From Callorhinchus milii (Eukaryota), in assembly GCF_018977255.1 (NCBI RefSeq), contig NW_024704742.1, forward strand, positions 56,794,001 to 56,858,000: a DNA stretch of 64,000 nt, written 5' to 3'. The notes under the pieces were generated by a model, which saw nothing but the letters and a program-made list of their open reading frames with translations, made no database searches and had not been told where the DNA came from. Made by a program: the position numbers and the translations under genes. Numbering within the stretch: position 1 is the stretch's first letter; the number at the start of each line of letters is the position of its first letter. Positions 25,520 through 37,810 of the stretch are shown here, one piece after another.

Positions 25520-27490
25520 CTCAATGAGAATCTCCTCTTCAGCTGGATGGTTTCTCAGATATTTTGGTGGAACGTGACTTATTAAATCATAACCTGATTC
25601 TTTTACTTCTTGAGTTTCAATCCAACTTAACCCCAGATGGCTTATGGGACAAATGGAAACATACATTTTCTACTTTGGTAGTGGAGGACATCTCCTCAGA
25701 GGTTAGAGTTATAACATTTATTTCAAGAATGGAGGGAACTTTACTGCGCATTTGACTTAGAATTTTTCAAACTTGATGATTGTTCAAAAGAATAGAAAAT
25801 ATCCAGTTCCTCAGGTTCACTAATTGAATAGCTCATATTTTGAAAGAATTGTAACATCTTAGTGTTGTAAAAGATAAGAAAGAGGCATTGCGCGATGTTG
25901 GCATTTTACTTTATTTTAATTTTCTTTTGATTCTGCTCTTTATTCAACTCCCATCAAATATAGCAGATAAAAATATCTAATGGGTAGAAAGAAGTGGGGA
26001 TTAATAAGAGTGTGATGAATAGGGTTTCTTGGGAAGATTATACAGAGTAAATGAATATCCTATTTATACCTACAAATCCTTTAGAGATTGAAAACTATTA
26101 GCAAGAATGTTTAGTGAATAGATAAGTACCCTATCTTATACCTACAATTCCAGAAAGATGACATTCAATTTGAATAAAAATGCATTCAAAATGAAGGTCA
26201 TCTCCCAGATTTGTAACTGTCTATGATTCAGCTTATGTATGCATCAGGGATATTAAATGATCCGTCCAATATCTGGGTTGACCATTCATTGCAAAGAAAG
26301 TAGCGGATAATTCAGGTTAACTGCTTAAACTAAAACTGTTACAAATCTGCTTTACAGTCACCTGAGATTCTGAATAATTTCATCATTTCTATGTGATCAT
26401 TCACTCTTATTTAGTTTAATATTCATTAAAGCACATTTACTACTTTCGTGTAAATGGAGCTAAGAAAAATAGATTTTTAGCAGTAAACTTCAGTGTTCAG
26501 CTTTGATTCAGGAGCTTGTTAAAATACGAGGTTATTTGCGTGTGTTGGATCTCATCTTGTATATATGATTGTTGAGGCCATGTTTAGAACAGTGTGCACT
26601 GTTTGAGGATTTCAAAAGATCATTGGAGAAGGCTTGAAAAGGTGAAAATAAGCACAAAACAACATTCACATTGCATACTTTTAATGAAATTAATATATTT
26701 TTTGCATATGGAGTTACATACAAGTGCAGATTATCAAGGGTCAATTTTTGCCTAACTGATAGTCATTCATGTAATATGCAACCTTTCTCTCCATCCCAAA
26801 GAGGTATATCCAGCACTATATTGCTTTTTTTAAATTTAAAATATGTTTGCTTTGTGGCACACAATTGGTATTGGGAATAGCAAGTCACATCATTGTTTTC
26901 ACCAGATGAGGCTCCATTCATTTCCTCCTTGGAAAAAGTCATTTCTTCATTGTCTTGCATAGGAAATTTTCTTGTGAAATGATCTTGGTGTTAGTTTCCT
27001 CTTCGACCAGGCCTTCCATCATCTTCCTACTCCCACCCGTCATGCATGTCCTCCACCACACTGACCCCAACCCCCAGCTTGTGTCCACATCTTTGACTAC
27101 CCAGCGCTTTGGGACATACTCCTAACATGAAAGGCACTGTACAAATGTAATTTGTTGTTGTTGTTTAACAGCAGAATGCATTTTGAAGAGGAGCATCTGC
27201 TGAGTTTAAAATGATAGTTATTATTAGGGGGATAACTTGCATCAAATAATTGCGCCTGTCAGTGACCCATTTAGAATATCACAACATTCTGAGAATTGAC
27301 TTGTTTATTGTGAAATTGAGTCTGATTTGTCAATAAGTAGAGGTAGGGATAAATACCTGAAAAACTTCAACTATCCTATCAGCTGGCTGAACCAATATTT
27401 ATTAGTAACATCTATGTTACTGAAAATGCATTTCATTGCCATCATTTTTTTTGAAAAAATGTCTGAATTTTTCCCGTTTCCTTTCTTAAG

Positions 27491-28279
27491 TTGGCTTCTT
27501 GTCGAAGGCTCAATACAACATCCCCTGCTGTCAGGCATGACTCCTCACCCTGTCAAAATGAGTCTGCAGTTCTTGCGATCACTAGTGAATGGATATCACT
27601 GACAGTTGGGTCCTCCCCTCCAACCGTCCAGGCCCCAACACTCCCTGCATTCCCTAATAATAGTCTGTTCTCTGATTTGGATGAATGTACATCTTGGGCA
27701 GTGACATCCTTTGGATTTGATTTTATTCCCTCAACAAATTCTGCTTCCTGTAATAAGTATGGTGATTTCATTCCAGTCAGTTCTATAGAGAACCTCACCA
27801 GCTCACCTGAAACTCCAAATTGCCCACCATGTCTTCCTCTATCTCATGCTATCTCACCCTCACCATTGTCTCCAGTTTACTGTGTGGCTCACGGACACAA
27901 TACTGAGTTAATCCAATTAGCAAACAAATTTGAGGGTACCCCTGAGAAAAATGCAGCCATTCCCTCTACTGATGAGAAAGCTTTGGAAGCCACAGACATT
28001 TCATTAGTGATTATAGAACCATCAGAAACCAGTTCTCCTGACAAACACCTGGAGCTCAGAAATGAACCAGAAGAGGAGCGCTGTGAAGAATTACTCTCAG
28101 CCATTCAAGAAAGCCAGTCAAAGCTTGATCAAACCGAAGACACACTGGATGCAACTGAGGAGCCTCTGAAACTCTTTATAAAAGAAGAGCCTAGTGTGAT
28201 CTATAAGACACCAAAGGCAATTCTATCTAGACCTATTATGTCTGATGAAGATAAGACCGAAATCCTTATTGATACTGAG
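27491..28279 (+). CDS. SORBS2: SORBS2 alternative exon between SH3-2 and SH3-3 (789 nt, phase 0-0; contains AITSEWISLTVG)
   Basis: Pyrimidine tract then ttaag|TTG...GAG|gtacaa; open for 263 codons; motif resembles the SORBS1 insertion. Confidence 0.82.
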
Positions 28280-28739
28280 GTACAATTACTGTAAAACTGC
28301 TCCTAAAAACTAACTTTTGGGGGATTTTGTGGGGGTTTTTTACAAGAACGTAATGAACAATTAAACAAAGCTGGCTTTCAAAATTGAGTTAATGCTCCAA
28401 AGTGGCATGAAAATGTTGACTGTTTGAGGAGTATGAGGATAATCTATTGCCTGAAGGCTTACAGAAGTGATGAAATTGTGTGCTGATCTTCCTAGCAATG
28501 ACAGCAATCTAATACCTGCTATGGAGGAGTGCATGTTTTTAATACTAATATCACTTCCTTAATTATCATGGAATGCAGTTTCTGAAGTGTAATGAAGAAA
28601 AACAACTTAGCTGCCTGAATATGATATGCAATAAAAAACAACTTGTTTTTGTTCAATAATACATAAAGATTGCACTGCATTTGCAATACTATATCTTGCC
28701 ATATCTAGTCCTATTCATTTTTGTTCAACTGTTTTATAG

Positions 28740-28925
28740 ACTGTAACATCTGGAACTGACAAACCTATTGCTTCTCCTCCCTCACTTTTGCCTGCTGCAT
28801 ATTCATCCCCACTACCAAAGGTTTCTCCCTCTGTACCTTCTTCTGCACTTCTACAGCTCCCTCAGAGACCCACTATCTCCACCAAACCATCATCCAGTCC
28901 GGAGACTTGGTCTCCAAAGATGAAG
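28740..28925 (+). CDS. SORBS2: SORBS2 alternative Pro/Ser-rich exon TVTSGTDKPIASPP...TWSPKMK (186 nt, phase 0-0)
   Basis: ttttatag|ACT...AAG|gtaact; open and frame-preserving. Confidence 0.78.
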
Positions 28926-31051
28926 GTAACTTGGGCAATGCCAACAGCAAAAGGATATCAATGATTAGCATAGGCCCTGAATTGCTATCTGATTACTCTG
29001 TATACATAATTTCATTTGAAATTTGGGATCAGTAATGTGCTAAATTTATTTATTCAGTACCACAGATTAGATCCCCACTTCACTGAATTTATGGTCTTAG
29101 AGACATTTGGGTGGTGTAGTGCTGAACTGGTAGAAGAAGAGAAAACCTCGCTTGGGGATTTTCCAAGTTCCCCTCTGACTGCCAGTTAAGGTGCATTTAG
29201 CTCTCTTAGCTGGCAAAGTGTATTGCACAGGACAGGGAGTTTAGACACTGTGAAAATAGCATATACCATTAGAGTGAAATGCAGTCAACAATTTGATCTG
29301 TCATCTATCTGCTGTTAGCTTAAAATAACCATTACAAATTATGGTAACACCACAAAGTACAGAGCAATAGCACAGGAGAAGTAATCCATGAGAAATATTA
29401 TGTTAAAAGGAAATATATTTAGGGACCCACATCTTTGTCCGCGATGGAAGGTGTGGTTGAACATTTTTAAAACATTATAGTTTGAAGATATTGAATTTGG
29501 ATTTGTTGATTAAGGTTTTAATAAGTGTAGGCAAGCATTTCTCCTATTGCTGCTATTGTGTAGTGAGGTATGTTTCCATGCTGGTAATGTCCCAATTGTT
29601 CCTAGCAGGTTTTTAACAGACCTGTTATAGGTTCTTTTTGCAATCACCTTAATTGTTGCAGATGATGTTTAGGAACCAGTTATGTATCAAGAAAGGCAAA
29701 GAATCATTGGAATTCTCTCAACTAAGAATTTTGTTTTTGTTCATACAAATTTAGGTCTGTAGACATCTACAGCACAGAAGAAGGTCCTTCAGCCCACCGT
29801 ATTATAAGAGTATTACTGTTACCTATCTTGATTACCGGGTAATCTAAAAGTACATCAAATCTGATTAAAAATAGGCATTTACAGGGTTTGGGTTAGTTGG
29901 AAAAGCCTGATGGAGCACCACAGAATGGCAAGGTGCAAGAATGCATATGGATATCCCCAGATTTCTGCTGAAGAGGAGATGAGCAGTGAAGGTTGGAAAG
30001 GTGGGAAGAATTCTTCCTTCCTATCCCGATTGCTCTTCCACAATTCTTGGTGCTTTTCTGTGGAACAAATTTGGATTAGGTCTTAACTCTTTCCTTTCAG
30101 CAAAGGCGTCCATTTTAATGGTTTTCAGTCAAAAATACACAATTGGAGTCTAATATGAGACAATTTCTAATAACGTTTTGATAACTGAAAGTATATCATG
30201 CCAGCCTGTGGGAACTTCAATCTGAAAGTAGATCCCATAGAGTGGTGTGATATACTTTTGGTTTCCTTACTAGGAGCATGTGAATATAGGAATGAGGTGT
30301 GACCAACTCCTAGGAAGCTGCTATCTCATTCATCATCTGATAGAATACAATAGATGTTGCTTTGAGTTTGGGATTAATGCATATTACATTGTTGCTTATC
30401 CTTAAATTTACTGATCTGTGGTGCTAAATATTAATGATGGCATTTCATTTGAAATAGATAACCCCAAAGTTGGTAAATTTACAGACTAGTAGAGAATTAC
30501 TCTGATTGTGGTACAGAGTAGAAGAACCTTTTCCTGACTGTACTTTTCCTGATCCTTTGGCAAGCACAACCATTCACACAAAAAATACCCCCAAAATAAC
30601 CAAGATCATGAGTAGTTATACAGAGGCAGCTGCTTGTAGTCTCAGCTGTAAGTGGAACAAAATATGTGATCTCGTGAGTCAAAACTACAATTGCTGAGTA
30701 ATGAATTGCATCTAAAAGGTCAGTTAATAAGAATCATTACATTGAGGATAAAAGGTTTTCATTCTCTCAGCAGATACACTAGTGAAATCAATCGACTACA
30801 ATCAGAACGTGTTCTTCAAGTCAGAACAGTGACTGTCAGAAATATGAACGAGACGGCCTATATCTTAGCATGTTTGTATGTTTTGTTACTGATCGGGAGA
30901 AAGTAGCATTTAATTCAGCTCATCAATTGAACACTGGTCGCCCTTAGGGCATAATGTTTGATCTGTATGTGTTTCTTTCTCGGTTGGTGGTGAGGTGGGT
31001 GAAGTAACTAAAACTTTAGGCAGTCTGACTGCACTTTTGTGGCTTTTACAG

Positions 31052-31165
31052 GCTGGATTGAGAACTGAAATAGTGATTGTTGGTAAGCCGCCTCGCAGTC
31101 CTTTGATGTCTAAAAGATCCTGCAGTTCTCCTGTCAGGCATCCTAGTTTTTCACCAACGCATAGG
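31052..31165 (+). CDS. SORBS2: SORBS2 alternative exon AGLRTEIVIVGKPPRSPLMSKRSCSSPVRHPSFSPTHR (114 nt, phase 0-0)
   Basis: ttttacag|GCT...AGG|gtaggg; frame-preserving; VGKPPRSP-type peptide recalled from vertebrate SORBS2 models. Confidence 0.8.
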
Positions 31166-32969
31166 GTAGGGGAATCGGGAGGCACTCTGCTGCCAGAAAT
31201 GTGGAGTTGTTTGCTTTCTGCTGGATTGTGTTTGTGTGTGTGCTGAATTAATTACTGTCTTTGCCTGAATTTCTTGCAATTTCTGTAGCATATTGGGGTG
31301 TGTTTATGCTTCAGTATGTTTTGCTGTGTATAAGGCTTCTTTCCACCATACTCCAATGTGCTTTGATAGATGTTTTGTCCTGAAGCTTACAGAAGAGTGA
31401 TTCCATTTTAGGCGTTAAAAATAAAAAGTGGCTTGTGCATAACAATTCCTGCACTGTCAACAGATGCTGAGTTACTCAGTATGATTAATGAACAGCCTTA
31501 TTTTCACAGATTAAACTGTTTTGTACTTAGAGGTGTTTAAAATCGTAACTCCTGAACTAAGTCAAAATAATACTTGGAAATAAAATGATTTGTTGTTTTA
31601 AAAAATTAAGTATTTAAATTGAGTCAATTTCCCAAATCCACACAAATATGATAGCGACTAGGGAATCAAAAAGAAGGAACCATTTCATGCATAGGGTAAT
31701 CAGATTGTGGAACTCACTGACTGAAACGGTGGTTGAATCAAATAGGAAAGATGCATTAATTTTAAGTATAAACATTGGCATGGACTGATTGGGCTGAGTG
31801 GCTTGTTTCCATGCTGTACATACTTTGTAACTCTTGAACCACAGCCTCAAATTTCCAAAGTGTATCTGAATGATGATTCCAAGTCTCTTGAATTTGATTA
31901 AACAAATAGTAGTGCAATATATTTTCTCATAATTCTGATTTTAAAAAATACTATGTGAAAATGAAACAATTAAGAGGTCTTTTGCACTTTTTAAAGTATT
32001 CTATTGGTCTAATATTATGGGTGATTTTAATAAGGGAAATCTAAACTTTTGAACATCTGTTATAAAACCTAAGAAGGTTTACATTTAATGTGATACAATA
32101 GTGTTCAGCTGCTGGCTCAGGTCTGTTGTATTCCAGAATATCTTTGTTTTAACCTCAGAAATGTTACATTGTGCAATTATTTTAGGAGAGGAGCACAGGA
32201 GTTAAAAATAAAGCTTGGTTGTATGAAACAATTACAATGTATTTAAAGTTTAATTTCAACCATATGTTCCTATTCTTTTTAATTCCCAGCATCCAAATTT
32301 GTAATTCAGAATATAAACCTTTTGCTTTCAAGTGGATTTAAATGAATTTTTGGAATTTGCTATCAATTTAGTAAGCAGATCTTGTACTCTGGGCAGTAGT
32401 CACATTGGCTGATAATGCACTGTGAACTGTGCATTGTGGCATAAGCAAGTACAAGCAGAAGTGGTACTTGCTACTATTCACATCAATAGTAGAAATGCTT
32501 CAGTTTGTTAAATCTAGTTTTGCCGTCTGTCCAGCGCCTTGGGACGTCCTCCCAACGTGAAAGTCGCTATACAAATGTAATTTTGTTGTTGTTGCTGTGC
32601 CAACTGAATTCAATACATTTTTNACCTTGTAAACCAGTACTTGTGCATGGGAAGTAAAAGCATGAGTCTTTCCATGGAGTCTGTAGAGGACAAGTTATAG
32701 AGACCAAAGGTTTGATTTTGTATGTCTAAAATCAGTGTGCAGCTGAGCATGTGTAATGCATGATGGCAGTGTGTAAACTCAGGGATTCTTTGCTGCAGTC
32801 TCGTCCTGGTTAGTCTCTACGGTTTGTGTTTTTATATGCCTTCAATGCTTTACTTTGACTTGAAGTGGCATATTTTTGTTTCAGGCAAGAAACTCTAAAG
32901 TATGAATGGTTTTCTCTTTATTTCCTCTGAAAATAAACTTAAGTGAATCATACTTCTTTTCACCCACAG

Positions 32970-33019
32970 CCCCAACGACCAGCCTTTATGCATGATGATT
33001 TGCAGTCTGGGGGAGAGCC
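32970..33019 (+). CDS. SORBS2: SORBS2 exon PQRPAFMHDDLQSGGE(P) (50 nt, phase 0-2)
   Basis: ccacag|CCC...CC|gtgagt; homologous to PQRPVFTHENIQGGGEP. Confidence 0.92.
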
Positions 33020-33729
33020 GTGAGTATTATTTTTTTTAACGTTCTGAACCTGGTTAAATGGTTAAACGGGATATAACATTTCCATTGCAAATAAAATATT
33101 TGAAGCCTTCTCTGGGCAGAAATTTCATTTCTTAAATATTATGTATCTCTACTTGATGACAATTGGAGTTGAAAAGCCATAATCTAACAGAAGTAGCTTG
33201 CAAATACAAATTCAGGAGGCCAAACACATTTTTGAGGGAGTCAATGGACATTGGGGATGTTCTGAGATACTGTAAATAAGCAAATATGGTTTCTGTACTG
33301 TAACTCATTAAATTTGGCCTTAAATCATGCTTGGAATGAATCCAATCCAATTCTTGCTTCCCAGCCCTAGATTTTTGAACAACCATTGTGCTTGTCTGTA
33401 TTATTGTAGTTGAGGTAAGTTTTAACTTTTTTTGCAGCCCATTTAATTTCACACAAAAATAGCAAAATTAGATAGACCATGAAAAAAGAAAGGTCATACA
33501 GGATTCAAGAAAGCTACCAGAGCTACACCTAAGACTACAGACCTGACTTCAATACAGTAATTGGAAAACAAATGAGATAAATTATCAAAAGGGAAAAGGA
33601 CGATTATTACCGAAAATAACCCAGTAAATAATTCATTAAAACTTTTATTGTATTCATTGTTAGTAACCTTAGCAGATAACAGCTGGTTAAATTTAAATGT
33701 CTCACATTGCATTTTGTATTTCCTTACAG

Positions 33730-33836
33730 GTACCAAGCTATGTATAATTACAATCCTCGAAATGAAGACGAGTTAGAGCTCAAAGAAGGCGATATTGTTG
33801 ATGTCATGGAGAAGTGTGATGATGGATGGTTTGTTG
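33730..33836 (+). CDS. SORBS2: SORBS2 exon, SH3-3: [35 protein letters not shown](G) (107 nt, phase 2-1)
   Basis: ttacag|G...GTTG|gtatgt; SH3 signature. Confidence 0.96.
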
Positions 33837-36625
33837 GTATGTATATTTATGGCATACTTGTATAATTTATATGCCAGTCTGCAATGAGCAATTGATCAAT
33901 TTAAACATCTGAATCTAATGGTCTGAGTTTTTATCAGATAGATGGGGAAGTAAACATTAGTACAGGAGTTAATGGGTGGAAGCAATGAATAAATTCCCCT
34001 GCGTGTGCTTGACCTCAATCCAGAAAGTAAATGCCTCAGACAACACAGGCAGTGTTTTTCGTGTGTGGGGAAAGGTGGGGGGGGGGGTGCAGACCCAACA
34101 TCACAAGCCATAAACACTGTTCATAGGGCTTTCCATTCTTTCACAATTCTTCCGAGCCTGATTTTCACTGTTCTATGACTTCATTTCATAAAGCTGCCAT
34201 CCCCTGAAGCATTAATATTTCACACATGCAAATTCACACTGAACGGCCAGTAGAAATACAGGAACCAGAATTTATATTAAAGCTGCACATGAGATTTTAC
34301 CACAGGTTATGTGGTAATAAAGAGGAACAAAGAAACAAAGCCATCATGAAAATCAACTCCAGGCATTCTTCCAAACTAAGGATATCCATAATCCATTTGC
34401 TTGCATGGTTATCTAAACAGCTATGCTGAATTTGTGTCCTCTTGCTGAAACCCAAGTTTAAGGTAGGTTGTCCTATAGGCTCAATAGGTTTTGGACCAAA
34501 GCTGTCCAAACATGACTTTATCCATTATAATCTAAAGGGGAAAGTACCATTGTATTTTTTTTAAAAAATATTAGGAACAGGAAAAGGTCATTCAAAAAGT
34601 CGAGTCTGTTCCACCATTTTATTTGTGCGTTTTCTCTACATCTTTTCCCACATGTCGATGTGAAATACTTCAGAAGGATCCCTTAATCTGAATAGCATGA
34701 AGTATTGGCCAGAGGATTGAAATCCTTAACTTTCATCCAGACCCTCATAGCAAATGTTTCCTTCAATATTTACGGTTGGGTTCAGTACCTGGGACTTCTG
34801 TATTTCAAAGCTAAAGCTGTTGCTCTGGACATAGTTAAACTCACACAGCAATCATTTGACCTCCTCACATCCCAATTAACCATTGCCAATGGGTATAGTT
34901 CATTCGTTGATAAAATAAGAGTCTGTTCCCCCCACGAGGGATACATTTACAAATGGAACAAATCTGCTGAATTCACCCTAGACCCTATCTCCTTTGAGAT
35001 CCATGAAACCTATAGCATTTATTGAAGTAGGATTTATACAATTAGAGCTGAAACCAAGTTTTCCAAGGGAAAATATTGCAGCAATTACTGTTTTTCATAA
35101 ATCATTGCCAACCGGGTCACCAGGAGAATACATCTTCATGAAATGTGTACAGAGATTCGACGCCATTTCTTAAATGTCTCTTATTTATTTAATGCACCCT
35201 TCTCTCCTTGTTGAACTTGTTTCTTTGACTTGATCTTTTTAATTTGCAAAAGAGTACCCTTGGTGGCTGTTATCAAAGGTCAATGAGATAGGGACAGATC
35301 AATCAATTAGTCAGTCAATCAATGATCAACACTGCCTAGTTAGACAAAATGATGAGGTAGTCTTGGGACCACATTCCAATTCCCACCTAGTCATCTCATA
35401 AATTAACTTGGCAGCCCCTTCAATTTACCACATAAAACTGACTTAGAAAATTGCTGGTTGCACATTGTATATTAATCTGCAGTAAACTCATACAGAAATG
35501 CAGACTTGGTATTTATACCCAAGGAAACCTGGTAACTAAACAACAATTAGTAGAATGATTGCTTCAAACTGTCTGGGAATAGCATTGGGATCAATAAGAT
35601 ACAACGATACCCATTATCCTGCCATATACTGAAAACTATCTAAACCAGTATTCAGAGATAGATAATATTTGTCAGGCTGCCACATTAGAGTTTCACCATA
35701 CATTAGCCCCAGGATGAAGATCAGTTTGTCCCATCAAATCCTTCCACCTGTAGCCTATTTCCTTGCAAGGACCTCCCCTTTCCTCTTCCTGTCATAACCA
35801 GCAGATTGTCTTACTACAGTGTGTGGAGGATGTCAACAAGGAAACAATTTGGTGTTCAATTTAACCTTAAGCAAACCGCACAGGATTTGAGGGTGTTCAA
35901 CAATATTGTGGGTGTCAAACAAGGAGAATGTGCCTTTAGACATTATCTTCATCAGTTCAGTTCTCTTGCAAACCTCACTCTTAACATGTGTGGCGGATAC
36001 ATTTGAGTTGAAAAATGAAACAAACAATCTGGGTAGGTAATCTTCTTTATTGCTCCCAGTCTGTGGATTTTGTTTTTTTCCAATTATTTCGCCGAACATC
36101 AAGCTGCTTTCCTAGGAATAGCCCATCATCACTAAGGGCTGGATGGCAAAGGACAAACATGGATGACGAGAGCAAAAAGCCTCCCTAACTTTCACAAGAT
36201 TTGTTAATCAATAACTTGTGATGAAACAAAAATCAAGTCCAATGACCAAAGATTAAAAACCAAGTTGTCCTGTTACGCCAACGAAGAAAGGCTTAACTTG
36301 GCTGGTGGAAAGATTCTGAAAATCATCAAGATTGGACCTGATATGCCACCGTCCATCCTGGAGTCCCAGCTCTCTGGTAGGTTTTTATTACAGTCTCTCC
36401 TTCCATGCATTCTTCCAGTAGAATAGTACTGTGCTTAACTAACGTTTGCAGAAGCTATAAACATTTGCGTCTTTAATCTGCATGTGAATATTCCTGTATA
36501 GAATGGTCCACAGCAGCAGTTAATTGCTGCATGAACTTCTACTATATTTGCATAAGTGCTTTATAAGTCTCCACTTCCACTGTACATGTGCAAATAATGT
36601 TTGTATTTTTTTTTTGTCTCCTCAG

Positions 36626-37788
36626 ACCATCTTTGTTCTGGCACCAATTCATCTGTTAAGAAAACCATTCCAGAATCTGCTATAGGGTTACCCTGGGGCC
36701 AAAGCATGACTGGCAATGAATATTCTTCCTCTATCCTCACACAACCCAATCCAGACAGAGGGAGGAGTCCAGAATGTGCTGCCGGGCAGCAGGATGACCC
36801 AGCATCTGGCAATAGGTCTGCTTCGAAAAATCCAAACAGTGCAAGAGTTTCTGAATATGCAGACAATGGGAAACATATGTCAGGAAAAGCAGATCTCAGC
36901 CACATTGCACCTCTCCCACCCTCCGTTACGGAGGAGGGTATGTATTTGATGAAACAAGCCATGGACAGAGTCCATGCCAGTGTGCAATCTGGTAACAACC
37001 AGATGCACGCTAACATGGTCAATCTGCATAATATTATGCAGTGCAGCGGGGTAGAGCTGTCTAAGCAGATGAGCTCTATACATAATCTTCTTGCTGCGCT
37101 GGTGTCTAACCAGCCACCCTCTGGGTTGATCCAGAATGTGGCTGCGAAGAGCTCCAAGGAGACATCTGAAGACTTTTCCACTAAGTGTGTAGATTCAGCT
37201 TCCACGTCACCTGTGCTTCAGGTGATCCCACCTCCAGAGAATCAACCTATAAACCCAGAATGTATTTCACCTCAGGTTAAGATGGCTCACCCTCCAGAGA
37301 ATGGTTCTATAGAATCTGAATCCATTTCACCCCTGCTTAAAATGACTGCACCTCCAGAGAATTGTCCCTCAGAACCAGAACCCATTTCACCTCAGATGAA
37401 GGTGATTCAACCTCCAAACAACTGTCCTGTAGAGGAAGAATTAACTGCACCTATATTTGAGGCGTCCCCAACTCTTGTGAACAATTGTGCAGAACAAATA
37501 TCCACTTCACATATAGATGAGATGACACCACCCCTACAGATCTATGTTGTAGAAAAAGCGTCTACTTTTTCTGCGGTTGAAGTGAACCTACCTTTAGTAA
37601 ACTGTCCTCTTGGGAAAACACCCACTTCACCTGCAGCTGAGGTGACCCCATGTCTGAAGAACATTCCTGTAGAAAAAGCATCCAATTCATCTATTGGGAT
37701 GGCCTTGCTTCCAGACAATTGTCTTGTACAACAAGAATCCAGTTTAATTAAAGTAACATCATCTCTAGAGAGCTATGCTGTAGAATGA
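36626..37788 (+). CDS. Unassigned long open exon (~387 codons) in the last SORBS2 intron: putative alternative last exon or nested-gene exon
   Basis: Strong acceptor (T-run...ctcctcag|AC), phase 1, open to TGA at 37786. Contains a helical-looking segment followed by 20-aa repeats. No homologue recognised. Confidence 0.55.
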
Positions 37789-37810
37789 CCATCCAACTCA
37801 CCTAAGATAA
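37201..37810 (+). repeat. Diverged 60-bp coding tandem repeat (~10 units; consensus-like tccatttcacct...cctccagagaattgtcctgtagaa)
   Basis: Units stack exactly at a 60-nt period from 37201 to 37680, then shorten. Confidence 0.88.

Noticed and set aside
32623..32623. Single N base
   Set aside because: Assembly ambiguity in an intron, with no biological meaning
36561..37205. 214-aa minus-strand ORF
   Set aside because: Shadow of the longer plus-strand ORF; no splice or homology support
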